Shown here: one piece after another, positions 22,491-39,899 of the stretch | Numbering within the stretch: the stretch's first letter is position 1 | Layout: every line of letters starts with the position of its first letter | Position numbers and translations under genes: made by a program | Origin: the human T2T-CHM13v2.0 reference genome, Homo sapiens | NCBI RefSeq assembly: GCF_009914755.1 | Contig: NC_060936.1 | DNA: 64,000 bases | Reading direction: 5' to 3' (one strand) | The notes under the pieces: model-generated | What the model was told of the DNA's origin: nothing | The model's input: the letters and a program-made list of their open reading frames with translations, nothing else | Databases searched by the model: none

Positions 22491-24062
22491 TGTATATATT
22501 CATTTTGATGTTTTTTGAGTTTAAAAAACGCTTTGAAGAACAACAGGATCAGATCACATATAAGATGAGCACTTTTTATAAAATCAATAGATTGTGGTTG
22601 TATATTATTCCATTTTCTGCAAGTATCATAACTTATTAAATGCATCCTACACTGGCAAACACTTGAGTTGAACATTTAGGTTGCTTTAGGTAGGCAATAT
22701 TATGCCGTGATTAAGAACATGTGCTTTGCAAGCAGACTGCCCAACCTGGAACCCTATGATTGCCATCAAGCTCAGTTTTCTCTCTGTGCTTTACTAGCCT
22801 TATTACTAAAACAGGATATGTTGTGAGAAATAAAGGTGTCTTGCTTATAACATATGCTATATATAACTATGCTTATTATCATAAATGATATTATAATGAA
22901 TATATGTGTGTACTTTTCTATTATCTTCCTGAGATTTCTACAGGAAGTAAATTGTTGAATTAATAATAAGCAAATCTTTAGAATTTTTAATAATGCCAAA
23001 CTGTCCGTCTAAAAGGTTTTTTTAAATCAATTTACACTCTCACTAGCAGGAGATAAAAGTGACAGTTTCTCCACACTATTGCTAACATTGGGTTTTGGGA
23101 TTTTTTTAAAGTCTCTGCCAAACTGAAAGGCAAACTGTCACTTTGATGACTAGTAAGGTTAAATATCCTTTGATATGTTATTGGAGATTTGTATTTTTTC
23201 CTCTGGGTATTTCCTGATTCTTCTGGTTTTTTATTTGGTTGTTTTGTTTTTTCTTATTGGCTTGGAGGGATTCTTTATATTGTCAAGATAAAAAAGCCCC
23301 TAGATTTTCATACATACTGTAAATATTTTTCCAAGTTTTTGACTTTGTTTCTTTTTTTTTTTCTTCTTGCCATAAGGAAGTCTGTATTTTTATGTAATCA
23401 AATCCATCCAACTTTTTTTCTTGGTTTCCAACTTTAGTATCATGTTTAAAAAGGCCTTCTCCATCCAGAGAGTATAAAAAGATTTATGAAATACTTCAAA
23501 AACAGCCATCCAAAGATGTGTGTCACTTTGTAATGGATGTTGTATCTGGCTTTTTGAATAATGTCATAAGCAAGACTCTTGTTAAGGATGGAGACTAGAG
23601 GGAGAGTACCCAGAAAAATCATGTCTTGTTTTTCTATCTCATTCACCCTCTTCACCCCTCCTTTTAAATTCAGCTAAAATTAGGCTTAAAAAATGGTAAG
23701 GATTGCCATCAAACAAAAACCTAAGTCACTGAAGGATAAGCTAAAGGGATAGTAAGAAATGTGGATGGTGGAAAAGTGAAGAAAACCACCATTTTTCTAC
23801 AGTGTCATTATGGTTCATCTATGAGTCACATATAACATTACATACTTCAACAGAACCATCAACAATAAGAACGTGGAGATATTATTCTACTTCCACAGAG
23901 CCAAGCAAACTACACCACTAAGGTATCTATGTTCAAATGCAAGCTAACATGAAGAAAATAAAGCATTATAATAAAGATATATCAGGTTAATGCAGAAGAA
24001 ACATTAAAAACAGGTTAAAGTGCAATTCCAATGTAAAGTCACAGGGTTAGTCACATGCTCTA

Positions 24063-24242
<180 letters not shown>

Positions 24243-24465
24243 TCAGGAGGCTGAGGTGGGAGGATCACCTGAGCCCAGGAGGTTGAGGCTGCAGTGAGCC
24301 ATGATTATGCACTCTACCCTGGGTGACAGAGTGAGACCCTGTCTCAAAAAAAAAACAACAAACAAGCAAAAACCACAGAAAAACATATGCTGGAGTGCTA
24401 TCATCAGACCTTGCTTCCTTTTGATTACAGGCTTTAGGCAGAAGGTGAAGTGAAGTCAGAGCAAT

Positions 24466-25276
<811 letters not shown>

Positions 25277-26659
25277 GCAATTGGCAGTTCTAGTCTCTGC
25301 AGACTAGATGGTGATGGCTGCAGAGTGGTGGTGGCTGCAAACCCAAAGACAATATTTAAATGTAAGTAGTGTAGAAACTACTAACTAGCATTTTCACTTT
25401 TTGAAACACAAATAGCAAAAATACAAAAGATAACACAGGAGTAGTATCGAAGGAAATTATCTACTCTGCTATTTAATAACCTTTAAAATCAGAGGCTGAA
25501 GGTTAAGCCCTAATCTCACGGGCTGTTTAGCAGAACAAAGAGTGATTAACTATCTTTTTCTAGTGCTTGGGGCTCTCTGCCTTGGAGCTCATCACTCCAG
25601 CCCCTCTCCAGGCCTCCACCCCCTATGTCAGCTTAGTAGGGCCGAAACAGACTTGGGTCTGGCCTCCTTTACTCTTACCACTACCAGAGAGTATACAGAG
25701 ATATGTTCACAGGCCAAAACAAGACATCTAGAGAGCACCACTATTTCAAAAGAAAAACAAAGATTACTGATTCCATCAGGAGCAGAGGAATTAGAACAGA
25801 GAGGCCAAATATATTAATAAGCATAATAATATGCTAAAAGAAATAAGATTAATAAGATAAAACGAAACCATAAAAAGGTGAATTGGAAATATTAAATATG
25901 AAAAATATAGCAGTTGAAAAAAGAACAGTATAGATGAGAAGAGTGATTTTTTAACTACTGGTCATTATCCATGAATGGATTACAAAATCAGTTTAGCAGA
26001 CTGTGATCAATATTTTTTCAGTAAAATAAGACTAAATAGAATAAAATTAAATAGAAAAGACCAAAATGTACTATACATTATACTGTTACACCTAAGTGTG
26101 GTTTGTGTACTACAGTCACAATGTAACGTATATTTCTTATTGTGAGTCTTGATCAAAAAGTTTTAAACTTTTTGAAAACACGGAGGTCAAGGGTACAGGT
26201 ACCATGAAGACAAGTGTGTATGGAAGGCTAATGGGAGCTGACCAGAACAACACCATTTTGTTCCTGAATGTCATTCTGCAACTGCTTGACTGTAGAACGT
26301 ACTTGCTGATGCTGCAGATGAAATTGCTGCCACTTCTGAAAAGACTATGCTATGCTGATGACTGAACTTTTTCCAAACCCCTGAATCAAGGACTTCTGCC
26401 TAGAAACCCTTATTCTAACTAATGAATTGTTTGATAACCCTCTCCCACCTTTCTCTTTAAAAGACCTCATATATCTCTTAGGACATATGAATTAAATAGT
26501 TAGGACATGATTTCAGATGCCTCTGGAATCTGTGTTCCTTGAATTCAATTCTAAAACCACCAATAAACCTTTTTGCTTGGATTTTCAGTCTCCACGACTC
26601 TGGTTGACACAAGAGAAGTAACTGAGACAATGGTAGAAGATGTTTTAGGAACTATTACA

Positions 26660-27672
26660 TGTTGCGGGAAGTCAGGGACCCCAAATGGAGGGACCAGCTG
26701 GAGCCATGGCAGAGGAACATAAATTGTGAAGATTTCATGGACATTTATCACTTCCCAAATAATGCTTTCATAATTTCTTATGCCTGTCTTTATTTTAATC
26801 TCTTAATCCTATTATCTTCATAAACTGAGGATGTACGTCACCTCTGGACCACTGTGATGATTGCATTAACTGTACAAATTGATTGTAAAACATGTGTTTG
26901 AACAATATGAAATCAGTGCACCTTGAAAAAGAACAGAATAACAGCAATTTTAGCGAACAAGGGAAGACGACCATAAGGTCTGACTGCCTGCGGGGTCAGG
27001 CAAAAAGAGCCATATTTTTCTTCTTGCAGAGAGCCTATAAACAGACGTGCAAGTAGGAGAGATATTGCTAAATTCTTTTCCTAGCAAGGAATATTAAGAC
27101 CCTAGGGAAAGAATTGCATTCCTGGGGGGAGGTCTATAAATGGCCACTCTGGGAGTGTCTGTCCTATGGGAGTGTCTGTCCTATGCGGTTGAGATAAGGA
27201 CTGAGATACGCCCTGGTCTCCTGCAGTACCCTCAGGCTTACTAGGATTGGGAAACCCCAGCCCTGGTAAATTTGAGGTCAGACTGGTTCTCTGCTCTCGA
27301 ACCGTTTTCTGTTAAGATGTTTATCAAGACAATACGTGCACTGCTGAACATAGACCCTTATCAGGAGTTCTGATTTTGTCCTTGCCCTGTTTCCTCAGAA
27401 GCATGTGATCTTTGCTCTGCTTTTTGCCCTTTAAAGCATGTGACCTACTCCCTGTTCGTACATTCCTCCCCTTTTGAAATCCTTAATAAAAACTTGCTGG
27501 TTTTGTGGCTCAGGTGGGCATCACAGTCCTACCGATATGTGATGTCACCCCCGGCGGCCCAGCTGTAAAATTCCTCTCTTTGTACTCTTTCTCTTTATTT
27601 CTCAGACCAGCCGACACTTAGGAAAAATAGAAAGAACCTACATTGAAATATTGGGGGCAGGTTCCTCTGATA
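26660..27672 (+). mobile_element. Solo MER11 LTR (HERV-K11/HML-8)
   Basis: Begins TGTTGCGGGAAGTCAGGGACCCC and ends ...GATA; perfect 6-bp TSD ATTACA (26654-26659 and 27673-27678); internal AATAAA near 27485. Confidence 0.9.
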
Positions 27673-28142
27673 ATTACATATGGACATTTTGGTTATCTGG
27701 AGGGAAAAAAACAAACCCTTATACTTTATAATATTCTAAAATGTGGGCCAGGCATGGTGGCTCACACCTGTAATCCCAGCATTTTGAGAGGCTGAGGCGG
27801 ATGGATCACTTGAGCTCCGGAGTTCGAGACCAGCCTGGGCAACATGGTGAAACCCTGTCTCTACAAAAAATGCAAAAATTAGCCAGGCATGGTGGTGTAC
27901 ACCTATAGTCCCAACTACTCAGGAGGCTGAAGAGGGATCACCTAAGTCCAGGCAGCGGAGGTTGCAGTGAGCTGAGATTGCACCACTGTACTCCAGCCTG
28001 GGCAACGGAGCATGACCCTGTATAAAAAAAAAAAAATTAAAAATGATTACCAGTCTTACCATATACCATTGTTCCAAAAATCTAAAACCATATCTAAACA
28101 GAAAATATAATATGCTTGCTTTACAGTTATTCATACTCTTAC

Positions 28143-28275
28143 CTCACTTATATTTGAATCTGTTATCTGTCCCTGCATACTCATTATTTTAATCAGTCTG
28201 TCTTTTATGTTGGGAGGCAAAGGCTTAATGTCTGTGAGATATCTGGAAATATTCTTCATGAAGCACCAAAGGCAT
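28143..28275 (-). CDS. AMN1: AMN1 coding exon 2 ([13 protein letters not shown]...DSNISE), 133 nt
   Basis: ttcag| acceptor and GAG|gtaag donor; frame continues from exon 1 (CT+A = Leu). Confidence 0.96.
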
Positions 28276-28352
28276 CTGAAATACAAATACAATATAGTAA
28301 ATCACACTGGGCCTGTACTGATTCCTAACACTTGTCTTAATGCTATTTGTTA

Positions 28353-28722
<370 letters not shown>

Positions 28723-29399
28723 TTAGCTCTGTAAGCTTCAAAAACCTAGTCTGTGTTAAATTACGGACAAGATGCTCTTCCTCTACAATTTTTTTCTATG
28801 CATACCTCATTTATCAAAATGCATTTTAAATGACCAACAAGAATGTTTTTCCTAAGTGTCTAATTTCTAAGACACATACTCCTAAATAAGCTTTATATTG
28901 GGACCCACTAATTGAAAAGTTTTATCTGTTAATCCAGCAAACTTGTTTTTACTATTTTTCTTGAAAACTATGTGGATAATGAAATCACTAGAGAAAGAAC
29001 CATAACCACAAAGATTCAGCAAATATTACAAATCACAGAGATATCAAACTCAGTGCCAGGGTTGTATAGGCAGAAAGTAGAGTTATCAGGCAACAACCAA
29101 GAATCTTATGACCAACATATCTTATCTGTGTCCTGAAATTCCAACCATCTGAAAAACTCATACTTTAAAGAAACAAATACAAATCTTATTAATTTCTGTC
29201 TACAAATATCCCCATATATACAAAATTTTACATTCATGAGTGAATGTGATCATATACCTGTGATTAATTTTTTAGTGCAATGTTAATTTTTTCTTTTTCC
29301 TCTTTTGGTTTCCTACACAGTTTCCTCTCTTGTCCTTCCCCCTCCATTAGCTCTCTACACCAATGTAGCATATATTCTTTCTTATTTTTCTCTGTTCTT

Positions 29400-29401
<2 letters not shown>

Positions 29402-29434
<33 letters not shown>
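29402..29434. repeat. (AC)16 microsatellite
   Basis: Read directly from the sequence. Confidence 0.97.
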
Positions 29435-29435
<1 letters not shown>

Positions 29436-29748
29436 TTAAAGGCTTGTGTGGGGGAGGGGTCATTGTTTCCTAAAACGGCACCACAGTACACTTACTTTTA
29501 TACACTGTCTTTCATTCAGTATCTTATGAAATCCCTTCAAGGCATCCGACACAGTACTGATTCTCCCTTAATGGTCACATCATATTTCACAGTACGGATG
29601 ATCTATTTAGTGACTTGTATGCTGACAAGCATTACCACTATTTCTAGGATATGTTGTCAGATTATTTTTCAGAAAGTCTGGAAAACACTTCATATTTCTA
29701 TTAGTAGTGTCAGAAAGCTCCTTTCCCTCTACATCCTTCCAGCAATAG

Positions 29749-30163
<415 letters not shown>

Positions 30164-30424
30164 TAACATGTTTATTGTATGCATGCATTTCTAATTTATA
30201 AACATGGGACTTGTCATAGATTTGTTTAGTTTTTCACTCAGCACTGTTTTCAAGATCACCTACTCTTAAATGTTGGAAGGCCTAACAGGTGAAAATGATG
30301 TCTCACTATTACTTTAACTTGTATTTCTCTAATTACCAATAAACAACATCCTTGCATGAGCTTGCTGGCTATCTGGATATGCTTTTCCATAAACAATCTA
30401 TACATATCCTTTGCCTGTTTTGTT

Positions 30425-31950
<1,526 letters not shown>

Positions 31951-32405
31951 TTTGTTATTTGTTGACAAATTTGTAAGAGCTCTTTGTTGTGGCCAAATAC
32001 ATGCTCTATATATTCAGAGAATGTATATTATCTACGTGAGAGATGTAATGTTCTCTCTGTGTGTTATATATATATGTATGTATAAGTATCTCTCTCCATG
32101 TATGTATATGTGTTTGCACATAAATATGTTTAATGTATATATGTTTATTTACAGTATTATCTAATTCTACTATATTCTTATTTTTCTACTAAATGTGGAA
32201 TTTCTAGTTTATGATATTTGTAATTTAAAATCAAGTCTTCTTTTCATTTCTGCAAGTTTTTGCTTGTTGTTTTATAATAAAAAATTTCAAAAATACAGAA
32301 ATATAAAACAGGGTGATATACATCTATGTACCTCAAACCTAGAATTTTGTTACTCTTTTATCATATTTGTGTCAGACATCTCAAGACATAAAACATTTCT
32401 GATTA

Positions 32406-32681
<276 letters not shown>

Positions 32682-33172
32682 CTAGACCTTGTCTCAAAAA
32701 AAGAAAAAAAAAATTTTCTGATAAAATTAAAGCCACTTTTATATACTCGACTGGTTTACTCTATGTATCTCTGTTTGTAGAGACAATTACTACCATAAAG
32801 TTTTAAAAATAGTTCCTGTCCATTATTTAATTATACTTTTAATACTAATACATATATCTATAAATAAATTATTGATTTTTAAAATATAAATAAAGTTCCC
32901 TTAAATCATTTCACAGGAGTTGCTACAGCAGCATGGAAAGCTTTTTTAATATTATTATATTCTCAAAGCTGTACTATGAGTCGGGGGTAAAGAAAAAAGC
33001 CCAAAAAATTTTCCAATTCTCAAATTATAGCTTTTACGGCAGGAAAGCATTAGAATACACCTCCACCTGTAACATAAAGCAAGCAAACCACCAGATATCT
33101 CCAACTAGGATCTTAAGATTCCCTCTAAATTGTTCTCTAGAAACACCATTTGTGCCTTTAATCTGCCTTTAA

Positions 33173-33394
<222 letters not shown>

Positions 33395-33739
33395 TGAACT
33401 CCTGGGCTGAAGTGAGCCTCCCACCTTGGCCTCCCAAACTGCTGGGATTACAGGCATGAGCCTTGTGCTCGGCCTTAATCTGCTTTTTAAACAGGAACAC
33501 AGAACAAAAAAGATTGTTTGCAAATAAACATTTGAAAGAATATAGCAACAGCTGATCAGGGTCCAGGCATTGAAACAAAGCAATGATTGTAGAAGACAAT
33601 ACAAACAACTCTGGAGCAAGAAACTCAAAAGCAGAGACTTTGCAGTAATGTGTATGCTGGTTATTTCCATTGACCTAAAAGCTCTACCTGAAACAAATAT
33701 AAACTAGGAGGATCTTTTTAACTTATTACCTGAACAGAA

Positions 33740-34722
33740 AGAAGTCACTGCCACCAACAACATTGTGCACTTTTATTAACCATTCAAGTCCAGTAGCATC
33801 TGGTAAAATTAGGACAGAATTGGGATTAAAAAATGAACAAATATTCCGTATCAAACAGTTCAAAAGAAGCCACTACATACTCTTTTCACAAATATGTTTC
33901 ACAAAGCCAGTACAGTACTAGCCATTAACCCAAGTGTACTGAAGTAGCAAAGATGCAACAAGAAAAATAGCTATGTTAGAAAGACCAACATTTTAGAAAA
34001 AGAGTAAAACTCTTTCAGTTTCTTCCCTTTAGCTCCTAAAACAACATTGTACAGGCTGGATTTACCTATCTAGTCCTACATCAGCTTCTAGAATATTTGT
34101 CAGGAGCAAAAAATAAAATGACACTGGCCAGTATAGTCTGAATATCTAGGAAGAAGAGCGGGGAGAAAGTCAGTTCTTAGAACAAATTAGTCAGCTTCAG
34201 CCTCATCACCAGGATCTCTGGATTCTTTGCTCTTCCGCATTTCTTCAACGTGCTTATCTTTCTCTGCAAACACTCCAGTGTGGTAGTCATTTGCGCCTTC
34301 CTGTTCTCTTTGTTAGCTTCCATTTTGTGGGTCAGTTTCTCTTCTGCTATTTCACTGAAGCTGTTCTTTTATTGATTTCTGAAGCACTTCTTTCTCCTGC
34401 TCTCATTTTTCAGCAAGCTGCTTCAAGACCTCAGCTTCGCAGGGCTTGTGTCTTTCTTCTGAAGCTTCTGATTTATTCTGAATTTCCTCCAGGGAAAGAT
34501 CTTTCTTCTTTGGAGGGGAAATAAGGAACTCTGGGATGGATTCTTTTGATGGTATCTGAGAATCAGTTCAAAAGCCTAGCCTGAGGCACACTTCTCCAGT
34601 GCTTTCACCTGGATATCAGAAGTAGCCATGATGAATGAAAGACAAGAGACTGGCAGTGTATTCTACAAAATCCACTGGGATAAGGAAAACTCTGCTAGAT
34701 CTGAGCCACCTGACCACACTCT
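33740..34722 (-). pseudogene. STMN1P1: Processed stathmin 1 (STMN1) pseudogene in AMN1 intron 1, probably STMN1P1
   Basis: Intronless remnant from ATG 34629 to TAA 34187 (MATSDIQVKALEK...[13 protein letters not shown]...DEAEAD*) with premature TAG/TGA and frameshifts; STMN1-like 5' UTR and 3' UTR with AATAAA at 33777-33772. The exact pseudogene symbol is recalled, not verified. Confidence 0.9.
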
Positions 34723-35859
34723 GAGCTGTTTTCTGTATTTATAAAATGTAAGAGTAGTTTATTAAGTTTCCTAACGTGACTAAATTTGACTAAACTACAT
34801 GACAGGTTTCCTTTTTGTAAGACTGGTGTCAGTTGCAAATTCATGATATTTTCTTGTGGAATATTCCTTTTATCATTAAGTAATGTCTCTCTTTATCCGT
34901 ATTCATGTTTTTCACTTTAGAGACTATTCTGTTTGATTTCAGTATTGCTCCATCATTTTTCCATGGTTTCTTTTGCTCAACATTATGTTTGTGAAATTTA
35001 TCTGTATCGTTACATGTAGCTATAGATTATTCATTTCCATTTTCACGTTGTTCATGTCCATTTTCACTAACGTATAATATTCTGTTGTTTGACCAATTTA
35101 TTCTACAGTGAATATACAGTTGGGTCATTTGTAACTCTTTATTATTATGAATATCAATATGAATATTCTTAGACATGTCTTTTGGTACACACGTATCTGT
35201 GTTTCAACTGAGTGTATATATCTAGTAGTGGAACTGCTGGCTCATAGGGTAGGCATATGTTTAGCTTAATGCCAGTTTTTCAAAGTGGTTGTACCCAATC
35301 ACAATCCTACCATTGGTGAATGAGCATTCTTGTGGTCCATATCCTTGCCAACACTTGGCATTGTTAATCTTTTAAATTTTAGTCATTTTAGTGGGTATAT
35401 AATAGCAATGCAATGTGGCATTAAATTGCAATCTCTGATTAATATGGGTACACATTCATCTTTTTATTGTCTGGTTGGATATCCTCTTTTGTGGAGTATC
35501 TACTCAAGTATTTTGCCCTCTTTCATTTTGGGTTAATTATGTTTCTTACTGATATATAGGAATTCCTGTTATATGCTGGATATGAACCTTCTGTTTGTTA
35601 TATACGTTGCAAATATATTCCCCCATTCCGTGGATTGCCTTTCCACTTTCTTAATCATGTCTTTTGCTGAAGAGAAGTACATTCTAATACAGTCCAATTT
35701 ATCAGTGTTTTCCATTACAGCAGGTGATTTTTTGTCCTGTTCATAAACTTTCCCTGTCCTAAGTTCATGAAGATATTCTCCTATGTTTTCTTCTACAAGA
35801 ATTCACTAAGTTTATTGTTTCACCTTTCCTTTTTGACTTACAAACCACCAGGAACTGAT

Positions 35860-36352
35860 TTTTTTTTTTACATTTTTATTTAAGTTCCGGGATATACACC
35901 TAGGTATTAAGCCCCACATGCATTGTCTATTTGTCCTGATGCTATCCTTTCCCTTGCTCCCCCCAACCACAGGCCCCGGTGTGTGTTGTTCCCCTCCCTG
36001 TGTCCATGTGTTCTCATCATTCAGCTCCACTTATGACATGCGGTGTTTGGTTTTCTGTTCCTGTGTTAGTTTGCTGAGGATGATGTCTTCCAGCTTTATC
36101 CATGTCCCTGCAAAGGACGTGATTTCATTTCTTTTTATGGCTGCATAGTATTCCATGGTTTATATGTACCACACTTTCTTTATCCAGTCTATCACTGATG
36201 AGCATTTGAGTTGGTTCCATGTCTTTGCTATTGTGAATAGTGCTGCAATAAACATATGTGTGCAATAAGCAAACATTCATTGTAATAGAATCATTTATAT
36301 TCCTTTGGGTATATACCCAGTAATGGGATTGCTGGGTCAAATGGTATTCCTG
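35860..36352 (-). mobile_element. L1PA 3' end fragment
   Basis: Poly-T followed by antisense L1PA 3' UTR and ORF2 end. Confidence 0.8.
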
Positions 36353-36552
36353 GATAAACACATTCGTTATGAAGAAAGATTAAATAAATTCTTCTCTAGT
36401 GTCAAGCTACTTTAAACTTGTTTTAATTCAAGACTCTTCTGTGGTGCCTTCTAATCTGTCTACAGACAGTCTAATTTAATTCAGTCTTATTTAATTCACA
36501 AGAGGCAGTATCAGAAACTGGGATTTCTTGGTAACTAAGATTTATAGTTAAC

Positions 36553-38165
36553 TTTTTTTTTTTAATTTTACTTTAAGTTCTGAGATACATGTGCAGAACA
36601 TTCAGGTTTGTTACATAGGTATACATGTGCCATGGTGGTTTGCTGCCCCTATCAACCTGTCATCTAGGTTTTAAGCCCTGCATGCACTAGGTATTTGTCC
36701 TAATGCTCTCCCTCCCCTTGTCCCCAACCCCCCGACAGGCCCCAGTGTGTGATGTTCCCCTCCCTGTGTCCATGTGTTCTCATTGTTCAACCTGAATTTG
36801 AATGTTGGCCTGTCTTGCTAGGTTGGGGAAGTTCTCCTGCATAATATCCTGAAGTGTGTTTTCCAACGTGGTTCCATTCTCTCAATCACTTTCAGGTACA
36901 CCAATCAATCGTAGGTTTGGTCTTTTCACATAGTCCCATATTTCTTGGAGGCTTTGTTCGTTTTCATTCCTTTTTCTCTAATCTTGTCTTTGCCTCTTAT
37001 TTCAGTAAGTTGATCTTCAATCTCTGCTATTCTTTCTTCTGCTTGATCAATTTGGCTATTGATATTGTATATGCTTCATGAAGTTCTCATGCTGTGTTTT
37101 TCAGCTCCATCAGGTCATTTATGTTCTTCTCTAAACTGGTTATTCTAGTTAGCAGTTCCTGTAACCTTTTATCAAGGTTCTTAGCTTCCTTGTGTTGGGT
37201 TAGAACATGCTTCTTTAGCTTGGAGAGTTTGTTATTACCAACCTTCTGAAGCCTACTTCTGTCAACTCGTCAAACTCATTCTCTGTCCAGTTTTGTTCCC
37301 TTGCTGGCAAGGAGTTGTGTTCCTCTGGAGAATAGGCATTCTGGTTTTTGGAATTTTCAGGCTTTCTGCTCTAGTTTCTCCCCATCTTTGTGGTTTTATC
37401 TACCTTTGGTCTTTGATGTTGGTGACCTATGGATGGGGTTTTGGTGTGGATGTCCTTTTTGTTAATGTTGATGCTATTCCTTTCTGTTTGTTAGTTTTCC
37501 TTCTAACAGACAGGCCCCTCAGCTGCAGGTCTGTTGGAGTTTACTGGAGGTCCACTCCAGACCCTGTTTGCCTGGGTCTATAGACCTGTCTGCTGCCTTT
37601 TGTTCAGATATGCCCTGCCCCAGAGGTGGAATCTAGAGAGGCAGTAGGCCTTGCTGAGCTGTAGTGGGCTCCGCCCAGTGTGAGCTTCCTTGCCACTTTG
37701 TTTACACTGTGAGCATAGAACCGCCTACTCAAGCCTCAGCAATGGCAGACGCCCCTCCCCCCGCCAAGCTCCCACATCCCAGGTCGATCTCAGACTGCTG
37801 CGCTAGCAGCGAGCAAGGCTCCGTGGGTATGGGACCTGCCAAGCCAGGCACAGGAGGCAGTCTCCTGGTCTGCTGATTGGGAAGACCGTGGGAAAAGCGC
37901 AGTATTTGGGCAGGAGTGTACAGTCACTCAGAGCTTCCCTTGACTAGGAAAGGGAAATCCCCCGACCCCTTGCACCCAGGTGAGGCGACGCCCTGCCCTG
38001 CTTCAGCTCGCCCTCCGTGGGCTGCAGTCACTGTTCAACCAGTCCCAGTGAGATGAACCAGGTACCTCAGTTGGAAATGCAGAAATCGCCCATCTTCTGC
38101 GTCAATCTTGCTGGGAGCTGCAGACTGGAGCTGTTCCCATTTAGCCATCTTGGAAGTGACCTCCC
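36553..38165 (-). mobile_element. Internally deleted L1PA (5' UTR and partial ORF1 joined directly to the 3' UTR)
   Basis: L1 5' end GGGAGGTCACTTCCAAGATGGC at 38165; ORF1 sequence to about 36791; then 3' UTR and poly(A). Confidence 0.8.
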
Positions 38166-39093
38166 AATTTCTTTTTAATGATATAAAATCTTTCCTAAGC
38201 ATCACTAGGATCAGAAAAGCAAATTTTTCAGAAATTTCAAAAATGTAGAGAAAAGGTTAGACATTTTGTTAGGGAAGTAAAAATATATACAATTATACAC
38301 ATATAAAATTATATTTGTTCTGGAATATACAATATGTTATTTGTATTGCTCACTGTAGATCTAGTGATTGTAAGAACTTATGTAGCATTTTATCAAGCCT
38401 CCCTATCTCTTTAGAGACTTCAAAGACTTCAGAAAGGTATGGAGAACATCAAATGTTGGTCAAGATGGTAGTCAACAGGAACTCTCAAACATTGAGAGTA
38501 GGCATGTAATTTGGTACAAGCATCTGAGAAAACTGTTTGGCCTTATCTAGTAAAGCTAAAGATGTATAGATCCTAAGATCTAGCAATTCCAGTTGGAGGT
38601 ATCAACCCTGGAAAACCTTGCACTTTTGAGTCAGAAGATGTAGACAACAAAACTCACAGCAGCATTGTTTGTAACAGAGAGAACTAAAAACAACTCAAAT
38701 TACCATCCACAGTAAATAGAATGAATTACAATATAGTTATACAATGGAACCTTTTGTTTGTGCAATTTATTCAAGTGGTTGCATGCGGCCACAGTTCATT
38801 TCGTTCTCAATATATGTTATAATATATAGATGATACATGTATGTGTGTATATATATATTTCATTGTGTGAATATACTACATTTAATTTTTCCATTCCGTT
38901 GTCATTTGACATTGTCAACATACATTGCTTTACTTTTTTCTTTTAAAAAGTTGAGATGAAAGATAATATGAAATTAATCATTTTACAGTGTGCACTTCAG
39001 TGGCATTTTGTACATTTACAATGTTGTGCAACTACCACCTGTATCTAGTTCTAAAACATTTTCACCAGCCCAAAAGAAAACTTATCTCTATTA

Positions 39094-39405
<312 letters not shown>

Positions 39406-39899
39406 TCAATCCCCATTCCTCCTTTTTCTCACAAATACCAATTATGGGTTGTAATACCTCAGAACTACCAATTTGCTTCCTGTCACTATTGATTTATCTG
39501 GATTTATACAATATGTGGCCTCTGTGTCTGGCTGCCTTCAATTAGCATCATGTTTTCAAGGTTTATCCACATTGTAGTATGTATCAGTATTTCATTCCTT
39601 TTTACAGCTGAATAACATTCAACTATACAAATATACCACATTTTGTTTATTGATTCATCAATTGATGGACATCTGTCTGGGTTTTTCTACCTTTGGCTAA
39701 TGTGAATAATGCTGCTATGAACATTCATGTACAAGTATTTGAGTACCCAGTTTCAATTCAACTGGGTATAGACTTAGAAGTCAAATTGTAGCAGAATTGT
39801 AGGCCAAGTGTAGTGGCTCATATCTATAATCCCAGCACTTTGGAAGCCAACGTGGGAATATCTCTTGAGTCCAGGAGTTTGAGACCAGCCTCATTTATT

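Noticed and set aside
29402-29434. Second (UG)n tract as a cryptic-exon site
   Set aside because: The adjacent donor context (AAT|GTGTGT) is poor; only generic TDP-43 binding is plausible.
34187-34629. Functional stathmin retrogene
   Set aside because: Premature TAG at about codon 18, further stops and frameshifts.
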